32,000 nt of DNA from an uncultured Opitutales bacterium (GTDB taxonomy: Bacteria > Verrucomicrobiota > Verrucomicrobiia > Opitutales > Intestinicryptomonadaceae). The stretch covers positions 450,001-482,000 of the forward strand of contig CAKTSY010000001.1 in assembly GCA_934613415.1 (NCBI GenBank), given 5' to 3'. The stretch's first letter is position 1, and each line of letters begins with the position of its first letter. The notes beneath the pieces were generated by a model. The model made no database searches. It worked only from the letters and a program-made list of their open reading frames with translations, and was not told the origin of the DNA. The translations under genes were made by a program, and so were the position numbers. Positions 1 through 7,653 of the stretch are shown here, one piece after another.

Positions 1-78
1 TTCAAGCGCAATCTGCTTGCCAATGCCCCTGCCCGCCCCGCTGACCAGGGCAACTCTGTTGTCGAATGTCAATTTCAT
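1..78 (-). CDS. Short-chain dehydrogenase/reductase (FabG-like). Only the N-terminal 26 codons are present; the gene runs off the left edge.
   Basis: The reverse complement of 1-78 reads MKLTFDNRVALVSGAGRGIGKQIALE. SGAGRGIG fits the TGxxxGxG dinucleotide-binding motif of classical SDRs. Its ATG (78-76) overlaps the rsmG stop (77-75) as ATGA. Confidence 0.6.
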   Translation of the reverse strand, partial: MKLTFDNRVALVSGAGRGIGKQIALE

Positions 79-752
79 ATAATTCCTTTTATTTTGTTTT
101 TTTTAAAGAATGCGCCGTATATTGCGCTTTGCGGAATATGTACAAGGCTTTTGCCTGCATATTGTTCGTCGCAAAAAAACTCGTCTAGTTTAAGAGTCTT
201 GTCGGAATAAAGCTTTTTGTGTTTTAGCTCTTCGTCCCACTCGCCTCCCTTAAAATATATAACGCCGTTTTCAAGCGTGCCGTGCTTGCCCCTTGCAATT
301 GCGTTTTTTGTAAAGTTAACAAATTCGTACAGCGAGCAAACCGAACGCCCCACGGCATAGTCGTATAGCTTTTTGCGCTCTTCTACCCTGCCCTGAATTG
401 CTACGGCGTTTTTTAAGCCCAAAGCCTCTACCATTCTATTTACGCAGGCAATTTTTTTGCCAACGCCGTCTAGCATTTCAATTTTTGCCTGCGGCCACAA
501 AATAGCCATTACAACCCCGGGCAGCCCGCCGCCGGTGCCAACATCTACAATTTCGGCGCCTTTGTCGGGTGTAAAAAATGCGCCTATCGCCGCGCAAAAG
601 GCTATGTGCCTATACGCCAAGTCGTCGGTATCCTTGCGCGACACCATATTAACCTTGGCGTTTTCGGCCTTTAAAAGCTCGGCGTATTCAAAAAGTTTTT
701 GCTTTTGCGCCTCGCTTAAAAAGCCAAGTTTTGCAAAGGGAGCTTCCCTCAT
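75..752 (-). CDS. rsmG: 16S rRNA (guanine527-N7)-methyltransferase RsmG (GidB)
   Basis: The 225-aa ORF has the SAM-binding motif VDVGTGGGLPGVVMAI. Length and layout are typical of RsmG, and it starts with ATG at 752. Confidence 0.88.
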   Translation of the reverse strand: MREAPFAKLGFLSEAQKQKLFEYAELLKAENAKVNMVSRKDTDDLAYRHIAFCAAIGAFFTPDKGAEIVDVGTGGGLPGVVMAILWPQAKIEMLDGVGKKIACVNRMVEALGLKNAVAIQGRVEERKKLYDYAVGRSVCSLYEFVNFTKNAIARGKHGTLENGVIYFKGGEWDEELKHKKLYSDKTLKLDEFFCDEQYAGKSLVHIPQSAIYGAFFKKNKIKGII

Positions 753-758
753 TTTAAA

Positions 759-1175
759 CTAAAAAATTTCGTTGTCCGAAAAGAACCTTGCAATTTCGGC
801 AGCCGCACTTTCGGGAGAGTCGGAAGCGTGCGCAATATTTTCGCGCGTGTTCAGCCCAAAGTCGCCCCTAATTGTGCCTTTTGGAGCTTTTGTAGAATCG
901 GTCGGGCCCAAAAGCTCCCTTGTTTTGGCTATTGCGCCTTCGCCCTCGAACACCATAACAATAACGCTGCGCCTTTTCATAAAGTCTCTAAGCGGCGGAA
1001 AATAGGGCTTGTCGAGAATGTGCGCGTAGTGCGCTTCAAGCAAAGCATCGGTCAATGCAATCATCTTGCAGGCAACAATGTCCATATCGGCCTTCTGAAG
1101 GCGGTCTACAACAACGCCCGCAAGCTTCTTTTCGAGGCAGTCGGGTTTTAATATAACAAGGGTTCTTTCTTTCAT
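759..1175 (-). CDS. ndk: Nucleoside-diphosphate kinase
   Basis: Motifs ERTLVILKPD, YFPPLRDFM, GPTD, GTIRGDF and NIAHASDS (active-site His) are present. I use the ATG at 1175 (MKERTL...). The ORF-track start at 1187 is a TTG four codons upstream. Confidence 0.9.
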   Translation of the reverse strand: MKERTLVILKPDCLEKKLAGVVVDRLQKADMDIVACKMIALTDALLEAHYAHILDKPYFPPLRDFMKRRSVIVMVFEGEGAIAKTRELLGPTDSTKAPKGTIRGDFGLNTRENIAHASDSPESAAAEIARFFSDNEIF

Positions 1176-1197
1176 ATTCCAAAACAAACTACATATT

Positions 1198-1227
1198 TTG
1201 ACGTTTTTTAAAAGCTTTTTTTATATT
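1198..1227 (+). promoter_or_regulatory. Candidate sigma70-type promoter for the nadK operon
   Basis: TTGACG (1198-1203) and TATATT (1222-1227) are separated by an 18-nt spacer. The pair sits about 40 nt upstream of the nadK GTG, in the ndk/nadK divergent gap. This is a motif match only. Confidence 0.3.
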
Positions 1228-1268
1228 GCAGAATACGCTGCGTTATACAATATTCGATATATAAAAAA

Positions 1269-2102
1269 GTGAAAGCCCTAAAGAAAATAGCATTAATAGT
1301 AAACCCGACAAAGCCTAAATCGCAGCCGCTTGCCGAAAGGCTGTGCGCGCTTGCCGAAAAATTCGGCGTTAAAGCCGTGCAAATGCAAAGCCTTAAACTT
1401 GGCGAAAACGCCTTCGAAGGCTTCGACGCCGCCTGCGTTTTGGGGGGCGACGGCACTTTGCTTTCGTGCGTAAATCAGGCGTTGCAAGCCGACATTCCCG
1501 TATTCGGCATAAATTTCGGCAAGCTGGGGTTTTTGGCAACCTTTAAAGACTCTATTTCCGACTGGGATTTTAAATTTATTTTAGACGGCAACTACAAGGT
1601 AAGCGAAAGAGCTTTGCTTTCGGCAACGGCAAAAGGCAAAAGCTATGTTGCCTTAAACGACATTGTTGTAAGGGCAACCGCCCCCGTTGGAATGTACGAA
1701 GCCATTATGCATTGCGACGGCGAATATGTTGCCGACTATTCCGCCGACGGCGTTATTGTTTCTACCCCGACCGGTTCTACCGCCTACAACCTTTCGGCGG
1801 GCGGGCCTTTGCTTACTCCGCAGCTAAACGCCTATGTGCTTACTCCCATTTGTCCGCACGCATTGGCAAACCGAAGCATTATTTTCGACGCTTCGTCGGT
1901 GCTCGACATAGAAAGCCCCACCCAATCGGGCGACGTTTTTGTAGACGGCGAAAAACTTTTCAGCCTTGCCCCCAACGAAAAGATACGAATTGGGGCAAAT
2001 CCAAAAAAGATAAAATTTTTAAGGGCAATAAGCCACTCGCATTTTAAAATTCTGCAAAGCAAACTAGGCTGGGCCGAAAACCCCCGCGGCAACCGTAAAT
2101 AG
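1269..2102 (+). CDS. nadK: NAD(+) kinase
   Basis: Motifs VLGGDGTLL (GGDGT) and DGVIVSTPTGSTAYNLSAGGP are present. The start is GTG and the ORF is 277 aa. Confidence 0.9.
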   Translation: MKALKKIALIVNPTKPKSQPLAERLCALAEKFGVKAVQMQSLKLGENAFEGFDAACVLGGDGTLLSCVNQALQADIPVFGINFGKLGFLATFKDSISDWDFKFILDGNYKVSERALLSATAKGKSYVALNDIVVRATAPVGMYEAIMHCDGEYVADYSADGVIVSTPTGSTAYNLSAGGPLLTPQLNAYVLTPICPHALANRSIIFDASSVLDIESPTQSGDVFVDGEKLFSLAPNEKIRIGANPKKIKFLRAISHSHFKILQSKLGWAENPRGNRK

Positions 2103-2106
2103 CAAT

Positions 2107-3495
2107 ATGGAAAACAACGAAAAACAATCGGCGTTAAAAAGAATTTTCTCGTTCATCAGCTCGGATATGTGGACAGTTAGCCTTAACGATTTGTCGAAAG
2201 GCAAAGCGCGGCTTATTGCCATTTTAAGGGTTTTATACACCACCGTTTTGGGCGTAAAAAACAACAATGTACCAAGCAAGGCTTCGGCGCTTTCGTATAC
2301 GTCGCTTTTGGCGATAGGCCCGCTTATTTCGCTTGTTATACTAACTTCAAGCGTGTTTTTGCGCGACAAGGGCGAGCAGTTTATTTGCGAGCAAATAACA
2401 AACACAATAACGTTTGCAATGCCGGCAATTAGCCAGATGAACGAAATGGATTCGGCAAACCCGATAAATCCGAAAATTACGGCGTTTATACACAAAATTT
2501 CCAAGTCGGGCACAAAGTCGGGGGTAATTGGCACACTGGCAACGGTTGTAACCTGCATTTTGCTTTGCGTTACAATGGAAAACACTTTCAACCAAATTTG
2601 GGGAGTAAAAAAAGGCCGCAAATGGGTAAACAGAATTGCGTTTTACTGGGCGCTAATAAGTTTGGGGTCGGCTTTGGGAATTTTCGGAATGACGTTTTTG
2701 GCAAGCTCGCAGCTTTCGTCGTTCTTTAAAAATGTTCCCTATTTCAACTACTTTGCATCGGGCGGAACATACCTTGTGGGCTTCGGCTCTATTGCGCTGC
2801 TTTTTACATGCGTATACAAATTTTTGCCCTTTACATATGTAAAATGGCTGCCGGCTTTTTGCGGTGGGGCTGTTGCAACGCTGGCGCTTATTGCAAACAA
2901 TAAGATGTCGTTTATATACATAAGCACCATAGTTAAAAACCAAAACTTTTACGGATATTTGGCGATTTTGCCGATTGCGCTTTTTAGCCTTTATGTGTTT
3001 TGGCTGTTTGTGCTTATAGGTGCGCAGGTTTCGTATGCCGTGCAGAATATGGACTGGATTTCAAGCAAGTTTATGTGGGAAAAGGTTACAAACCGCTCGC
3101 GCGATTTAATTTGTTTGGCGGTGTTTGCAAAAATTGCAAAGCCCTTTTACAGTGGGCTATCCGCACCCGAATTCGACAACATTGCAAAGTCGCTAAGCAA
3201 TGTGCCAAAGCCTATTGTGCTAAGCTGCCTGAATTTGCTTTTGCTTAAAAACATTGTTTGCGAAACTGAAGACTTGGGCAAAGACAACCCGCAAACAATA
3301 TATAAGCCATCGGTTGCGCCCGACGAAATTACCCTTACAAAATTCTTCGAGATGCTAGACTCCGACGCAGCCGACCATTCGCTTGCGGCAGACCTTTCGC
3401 ACAACGAGGCAATTGTCGGCAAGGCAATACAGGCATACCAAGATTTTGCATCTACAAAATATGCCACAAAAACACTAAAGGAGCTTTTAAACTAA
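2107..3495 (+). CDS. YihY/BrkB-family inner-membrane protein with a ~130-aa soluble C-terminal extension
   Basis: The N-terminus (ARLIAILRVLYTT...SKASALSYTSLLAIGPLISL) and multiple hydrophobic spans are typical of the YihY family. The C-terminal third (from about WEKVTNRSRDLICLAVFAKIA...) is hydrophilic and looks like a winged-helix region. The gene starts 4 nt after the nadK stop. Confidence 0.7.
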   Translation: MENNEKQSALKRIFSFISSDMWTVSLNDLSKGKARLIAILRVLYTTVLGVKNNNVPSKASALSYTSLLAIGPLISLVILTSSVFLRDKGEQFICEQITNTITFAMPAISQMNEMDSANPINPKITAFIHKISKSGTKSGVIGTLATVVTCILLCVTMENTFNQIWGVKKGRKWVNRIAFYWALISLGSALGIFGMTFLASSQLSSFFKNVPYFNYFASGGTYLVGFGSIALLFTCVYKFLPFTYVKWLPAFCGGAVATLALIANNKMSFIYISTIVKNQNFYGYLAILPIALFSLYVFWLFVLIGAQVSYAVQNMDWISSKFMWEKVTNRSRDLICLAVFAKIAKPFYSGLSAPEFDNIAKSLSNVPKPIVLSCLNLLLLKNIVCETEDLGKDNPQTIYKPSVAPDEITLTKFFEMLDSDAADHSLAADLSHNEAIVGKAIQAYQDFASTKYATKTLKELLN

Positions 3496-3496
3496 A

Positions 3497-4135
3497 ATGG
3501 ATTTATCGGATTTACGACACGACTATTGCAAGTTTGGGCTAACGCGCGAACTTTTAGACGACAACCCCTTTAAACAGTTCGACAAATGGTTTAAAGAGGC
3601 GCAAAACTGCAAGATTGAAGAACCCAACGCAATGCAGATTGCAACCGTAAACGCCAAAGGCGAGCCTTCGCTTAGAACGGTTTTGCTTAAGGCGTACGAC
3701 GAAGAGGGCTTTGTGTTTTTTACAAACTACGAAAGCCAAAAGGCGCACGATTTGGGCGAAAACCCGCACATTTGCGCAAACTTTTTGTGGCTGTTTTTGG
3801 AAAGGCAAGTAAGGATAAGCGGCGTTGCCGAAAAGATTTCTACAGCGCGTTCGCTAAAGTATTTTTTGTCGCGCCCATTTTCGAGCAGGCTTGGGGCTTG
3901 GGTTTCAAACCAAAGCCACATAATAACCTCGCGCAAAATTCTTGAAATGAAATTCGAGGAAATGAAGCGCAAGTTTGCCGACGGCAAAGTTCCCCTGCCC
4001 GACCATTGGGGCGGCTACATAATTAAGCCAACAGCATTCGAATTTTGGCAGGGCCGCCCAAGCAGACTGCACGACCGCTTTAAGTACCACGACTTTAAAG
4101 ACGGCAAGTGGGAAATTTCGAGGCTTGCCCCCTAG
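3497..4135 (+). CDS. pdxH: Pyridoxamine 5'-phosphate oxidase
   Basis: Motifs LRTVLLKAYDEEGFVFFTNYESQK, RLGAWVSNQS, WGGY and the C-terminal FEFWQGRPSRLHDRF are diagnostic of PNPOx. Confidence 0.9.
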   Translation: MDLSDLRHDYCKFGLTRELLDDNPFKQFDKWFKEAQNCKIEEPNAMQIATVNAKGEPSLRTVLLKAYDEEGFVFFTNYESQKAHDLGENPHICANFLWLFLERQVRISGVAEKISTARSLKYFLSRPFSSRLGAWVSNQSHIITSRKILEMKFEEMKRKFADGKVPLPDHWGGYIIKPTAFEFWQGRPSRLHDRFKYHDFKDGKWEISRLAP

Positions 4136-4137
4136 TT

Positions 4138-4737
4138 ATGGAAACTTTAGAGCGCATAGGCATTATGGGCGGAGCTTTCGACCCCGTCCACTTTGGACAC
4201 TTGCAGCTTGCAAAAACGGCATTCGAAAAGCTCGCTTTAAGCAAGGTTATTTTTATGCCATCTAAGCGAAGCCCGCTAAAAATGTTTTCGCCGACGGCGC
4301 CCGACAATGACCGCCTGCAAATGCTTGCACTTGCGTTAAAAAACGCGCCCTTTAAAAGCGAAATTTGCGAATACGAAATTTTAAGCAAAAAAACGCCAAG
4401 CTATTCCATAGACACCGCAAAGTATTTAAAAGAACAATACCCAAACGCAAAGTTCTACTGGATTATAGGGCAAGACCAATACAGGCAACTCGACAGGTGG
4501 TACAGAATAAAAGAGCTTTGCAAAATCGTATCGTTTGCCGTTTTCGAAAGGAAAGGATACCCGTCGACGGAGAACGCAGCTCTAAACGGCGTTGCAGACA
4601 TCAAAAAAGTGCAGTGGTATGCAATACAAATAAGCTCTACCGAAATTCGCGAAAAGGTTAAAAATTTGCAGCCTTTAAACCTTGAACTTCCGCAAGAAGT
4701 AATCTCTTATATTGAAAGCAGAAAGTTATATAAATGA
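4138..4737 (+). CDS. nadD: Nicotinate-nucleotide adenylyltransferase
   Basis: METLERIGIMGGAFDPVHFGHL carries the GxFxPxHxGH motif, and ISSTEIR lies near the C-terminus. I use the ATG at 4138. The ORF-track GTG at 4108 would overlap pdxH. Confidence 0.88.
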   Translation: METLERIGIMGGAFDPVHFGHLQLAKTAFEKLALSKVIFMPSKRSPLKMFSPTAPDNDRLQMLALALKNAPFKSEICEYEILSKKTPSYSIDTAKYLKEQYPNAKFYWIIGQDQYRQLDRWYRIKELCKIVSFAVFERKGYPSTENAALNGVADIKKVQWYAIQISSTEIREKVKNLQPLNLELPQEVISYIESRKLYK

Positions 4738-5108
4738 TACAAGACGACAACACTACAATTGAAATAGTAAAAAAATGCGCCCAGGCGTTGGACGACAAAA
4801 AGGCTATTAGCCTTAAGGTTTTGGATATGCGCGGAAAGTCGCCCATAACGAATTTCTATATAATAGCCACGGCAAATTCCGAACCGCACATGAAGGCTTT
4901 GGCGGGCGAAATAGAGAAAATTTTAAAAGAGCTTAAAATTAAAACCGTAGGCCGCGACTTTGCCCCCAACAGCGGCTGGCTGGTTGTAGACGCGTTCGAC
5001 TTTATGGCGCACATATTCCTTGAAACACAAAGAGGAACCTACGCCATAGAATCTTTGTGGAAAGACGCACCCGAAATGGATTTGTCGTTTCTCGACAAAA
5101 AAGAATAA
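4734..5108 (+). CDS. rsfS: Ribosome silencing factor RsfS (YbeB/iojap)
   Basis: This 124-aa ORF has the motifs ITNFYIIATANSEPHMKAL, GWLVVDAFDFMAHIF and YAIESLW. It overlaps nadD as ATGA, and nadD-rsfS synteny is the classical arrangement. Confidence 0.9.
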   Translation: MIQDDNTTIEIVKKCAQALDDKKAISLKVLDMRGKSPITNFYIIATANSEPHMKALAGEIEKILKELKIKTVGRDFAPNSGWLVVDAFDFMAHIFLETQRGTYAIESLWKDAPEMDLSFLDKKE

Positions 5109-5130
5109 ATTTTTACGCAAAATAAACACA

Positions 5131-5170
5131 AAAAACGCACTTCGTTAAAAAGTGCGTTTTTTGTTTTTTT
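5131..5170. terminator. Bidirectional rho-independent terminator between rsfS and the PPIase gene
   Basis: AAAAACGCACT (5131-5141) and AGTGCGTTTTT (5151-5161) form a perfect 11-bp stem with a 9-nt loop. A and T tracts flank the stem on both sides. Confidence 0.65.
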
Positions 5171-5183
5171 AGCTGGCTACAAA

Positions 5184-5660
5184 CTATTCTGCAACTTTTG
5201 CCGAAAGAATTTTTTGTTCTTCCAAAGGCTTATCCATAAAGCCCGTGCGGCAATTTTCTATTTTTTGAACAATGTCGTAGCCTTCTACAACTTCGCCGAA
5301 AATTGTGTGGTGGTTTGTAAGCCACGGGGTTTCTACCGTTGTTATAAAAAACTGGCTGCCGTTGGTATTGGGACCCGCATTTGCCATTGCAAGCAAGCCG
5401 GCTTTATCGAACGCCAAGTCGGGCGAAAATTCGTCGGCAAAAGGTTTGCCCCAAATAGATTCGCCGCCGCGGCCAGTACCGGTCGGGTCTCCGCCCTGAA
5501 TCATAAAGTCTTTAATTACGCGGTGGAAAATTATTCCGTCGTAATAGCCTTTTTTAACAAGTCCCAAAAAGTTTTCGCAAGTTTTGGGAGCTTTGTCGGT
5601 AAAAAGCTTAAACTTTATATCGCCATAGCGGGTGTTAAATACCACAAATGTATCTGCCAT
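5184..5660 (-). CDS. ppiB: Cytoplasmic cyclophilin-type peptidyl-prolyl cis-trans isomerase
   Basis: Motifs [47 protein letters not shown] and [10 protein letters not shown] are present. There is no signal peptide. Confidence 0.9.
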   Translation of the reverse strand: MADTFVVFNTRYGDIKFKLFTDKAPKTCENFLGLVKKGYYDGIIFHRVIKDFMIQGGDPTGTGRGGESIWGKPFADEFSPDLAFDKAGLLAMANAGPNTNGSQFFITTVETPWLTNHHTIFGEVVEGYDIVQKIENCRTGFMDKPLEEQKILSAKVAE

Positions 5661-5673
5661 AATAAAACTCTTT

Positions 5674-7485
5674 CTATTTATTCTGTTTTTTCTCGAATGC
5701 CCTGTCGCATTTTTTGCAGCCTGCGCAGTCTACAATAATTTCGTGCGCGCTTTTGCCCGGGGGTATAAAGGGCAAAACGTGTTCGTCGGCGGGGGTTACT
5801 ATTTCAAGCAAATAGGGTTCTTTGCTCTTTAGCATTTCCTCTATTGCGGGCTTTAGGTCTTCGCGCTTGTATATGCGCTTTGCCTTCCAGTCGTAGCCTT
5901 CGGCTATGCGAACGTAGTCGGGGTACAATGCCGAAATGTTTTTTGGCCCAGCCAAATTGTTTTTGTCTTTCGACAACACCGTGTTTCCGCGAACGCCGCC
6001 GTAAAGCATATCTTCCCACTGCATAACCATACCCAAGAACTGGTTGTTCATAAGCATTACTTTTACGGGAACATTTTCGCAGGCGGCAGTTGCCATTTCC
6101 TGAATATTCATTTGGAAAGACCCATCGCCGTCTATGTCTACAACCGTCTTTTGGGGCATTGCAATTTTTGCGCCTATTGCGGCGGGCAAACCGAAGCCCA
6201 TTGTGCCCGCGCCCAGCGAGCTAAGCAGCTGGCGTGGTTTGTTGAACACAAAGTTTTGGGGTGTCCACATCTGGTGCTGGCCTACGCCCGTTGTAACAAC
6301 AACATCGCCCTTCGAAACTTCGTCTAAAACCTTAACGGCTTCGCAGGTTGTAATTTCGTCTTTCCTTACATTTGTCGAGAATGGATAAGGATATTGCGCC
6401 TTCCACTTGCAAATGTCCTTTAGCCATTCGCCCAAATCGGGCTTTTTAAACGACTTTTTAGCCAAAACCAAAAGTCTTTTAAGCGCAAATTTTACATCGG
6501 AATTTATGGGCAGAATACTCTTTATATTTTTGTTAAGCTCGGCCGCGTCTATGTCGATATGTACAACTTTTGCGTCGGGCGCAAATTTCGAAATTACGCC
6601 CGTAATTCTGTCGGAAAAGCGCGAACCTATTGCTATAAGCAAGTCGGAATTGCAAACGGCTGTGTTTGCGACATACGTTCCGTGCATACCCAACCAATAA
6701 AGATTTTTCTTTTCAAGCGGATCTACCGCGCCTATGCCCATAAGCGTTGTTGCAACAGGAAGCCCCGCAACCTTCGAAAATTCGTCAAGCTCTTTCGAAG
6801 CCTCGGCATTTATAACGCCGCCGCCCGAAATTATGACCGGTTTTTTGGAGTTTTCTATAAGCTTTAGCAATGCCAACAAGTCTTCGTCTTTCGCCTGCGG
6901 AACGTCCTCTACCCCGGGCAAATCTATCTTGTCGTCAAAATTGGGAACAATCATAGCCTGCTGAACGTCTTTTGGAATGTCGATTACAACGGGCCCCGGT
7001 CTTCCGCTTCTGGCAAGGAAGAACGCCTCTTTAAAGATTCTCGGCAAGTCTTTTGCATCTAGCACCAAATAGCTGTGCTTTACAATGGGAAGGGTCATAC
7101 CGAATACGTCGGTCTCCTGAAACGCCGTTTTGCCTATAAACGACTGGAACACCTGCCCGGTTATCGCAACCAGTGGAATGCTGTCCATAAAAGCGTCGGC
7201 AATAGAGGTTATCATATTCATAGCCCCGGGGCCGCTCGTGGCCATGCAAACACCCGTTTTGCCCGTCGCCCTTGCGTAGCCCTGCGCCATAAAGCCGCAG
7301 CCCTGTTCGTGACGCGGAAGCACCACCCTTATTTTCTTCGAACGAGTAAGGGCATTGTGCATATCAATAGACTGCCCGCCCGGATATGCGAACATCACGT
7401 CTACATTCGCATTTTCAAGGCACTTTACAATGATATCGGCACCCTTCATTAGGTTTGCCGAGGGTTTTGAACTCTTTTTTGTCAT
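5674..7485 (-). CDS. ilvB: Acetolactate synthase (acetohydroxyacid synthase) large catalytic subunit, ThDP/FAD family
   Basis: Motifs [52 protein letters not shown] and [14 protein letters not shown] (ThDP motif) are present. I use the ATG at 7485 (MTKKSS...). The ORF-track start at 7575 is a TTG 30 codons upstream. No ilvN-like small subunit is adjacent. Confidence 0.85.
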   Translation of the reverse strand: MTKKSSKPSANLMKGADIIVKCLENANVDVMFAYPGGQSIDMHNALTRSKKIRVVLPRHEQGCGFMAQGYARATGKTGVCMATSGPGAMNMITSIADAFMDSIPLVAITGQVFQSFIGKTAFQETDVFGMTLPIVKHSYLVLDAKDLPRIFKEAFFLARSGRPGPVVIDIPKDVQQAMIVPNFDDKIDLPGVEDVPQAKDEDLLALLKLIENSKKPVIISGGGVINAEASKELDEFSKVAGLPVATTLMGIGAVDPLEKKNLYWLGMHGTYVANTAVCNSDLLIAIGSRFSDRITGVISKFAPDAKVVHIDIDAAELNKNIKSILPINSDVKFALKRLLVLAKKSFKKPDLGEWLKDICKWKAQYPYPFSTNVRKDEITTCEAVKVLDEVSKGDVVVTTGVGQHQMWTPQNFVFNKPRQLLSSLGAGTMGFGLPAAIGAKIAMPQKTVVDIDGDGSFQMNIQEMATAACENVPVKVMLMNNQFLGMVMQWEDMLYGGVRGNTVLSKDKNNLAGPKNISALYPDYVRIAEGYDWKAKRIYKREDLKPAIEEMLKSKEPYLLEIVTPADEHVLPFIPPGKSAHEIIVDCAGCKKCDRAFEKKQNK

Positions 7486-7653
7486 AATATTACCCGAAAA
7501 AGATAACCCCTTACAAAATTGTTTCAACTCTTTTTTTTCGGACAAATATTGAACAATTCGGCAAAATTCCGACAAAAACTTGGCAAACTAAAAAATACGC
7601 CGAAATTTATTGTTGAGATTAAACAAAGGCGGTAAATAATCGCACATATAAAA

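Noticed and set aside
2064-2621. 185-aa minus-strand ORF overlapping the nadK end and the yihY-family start
   Set aside because: It overlaps two well-supported plus-strand genes in a tightly packed operon. It has no upstream signals or motifs.
5214-5738. 174-aa plus-strand ORF opposite the cyclophilin gene
   Set aside because: It is antisense to a textbook cyclophilin and runs through the ilvB 3' end. It is a shadow ORF.
7486-7575. 30-codon N-terminal extension of acetolactate synthase in the ORF track. Similar extensions occur at ndk 1176-1187, gpmI 29715-29774, manA 23940-24017, hpnC 29815-29829, the FAD oxidoreductase 20406-20414 and trmD 17195-17245.
   Set aside because: All of these begin at TTG codons upstream of an in-frame ATG or GTG that restores the canonical family N-terminus. 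Some would overlap the neighbouring gene or a terminator hairpin. I treated them as ORF-finder artefacts, so start positions remain moderately uncertain.
7500-7653. Possible ilv-type leader peptide, attenuator or riboswitch in the ilvB-uvrA divergent region
   Set aside because: No short Ile/Val/Leu-rich ORF with its own start codon exists on the minus strand here. Only weak imperfect inverted repeats are present (TTGTTTCAA/TTGAACAA and TCGGA/TCCGA). That is not enough to call a regulatory RNA.
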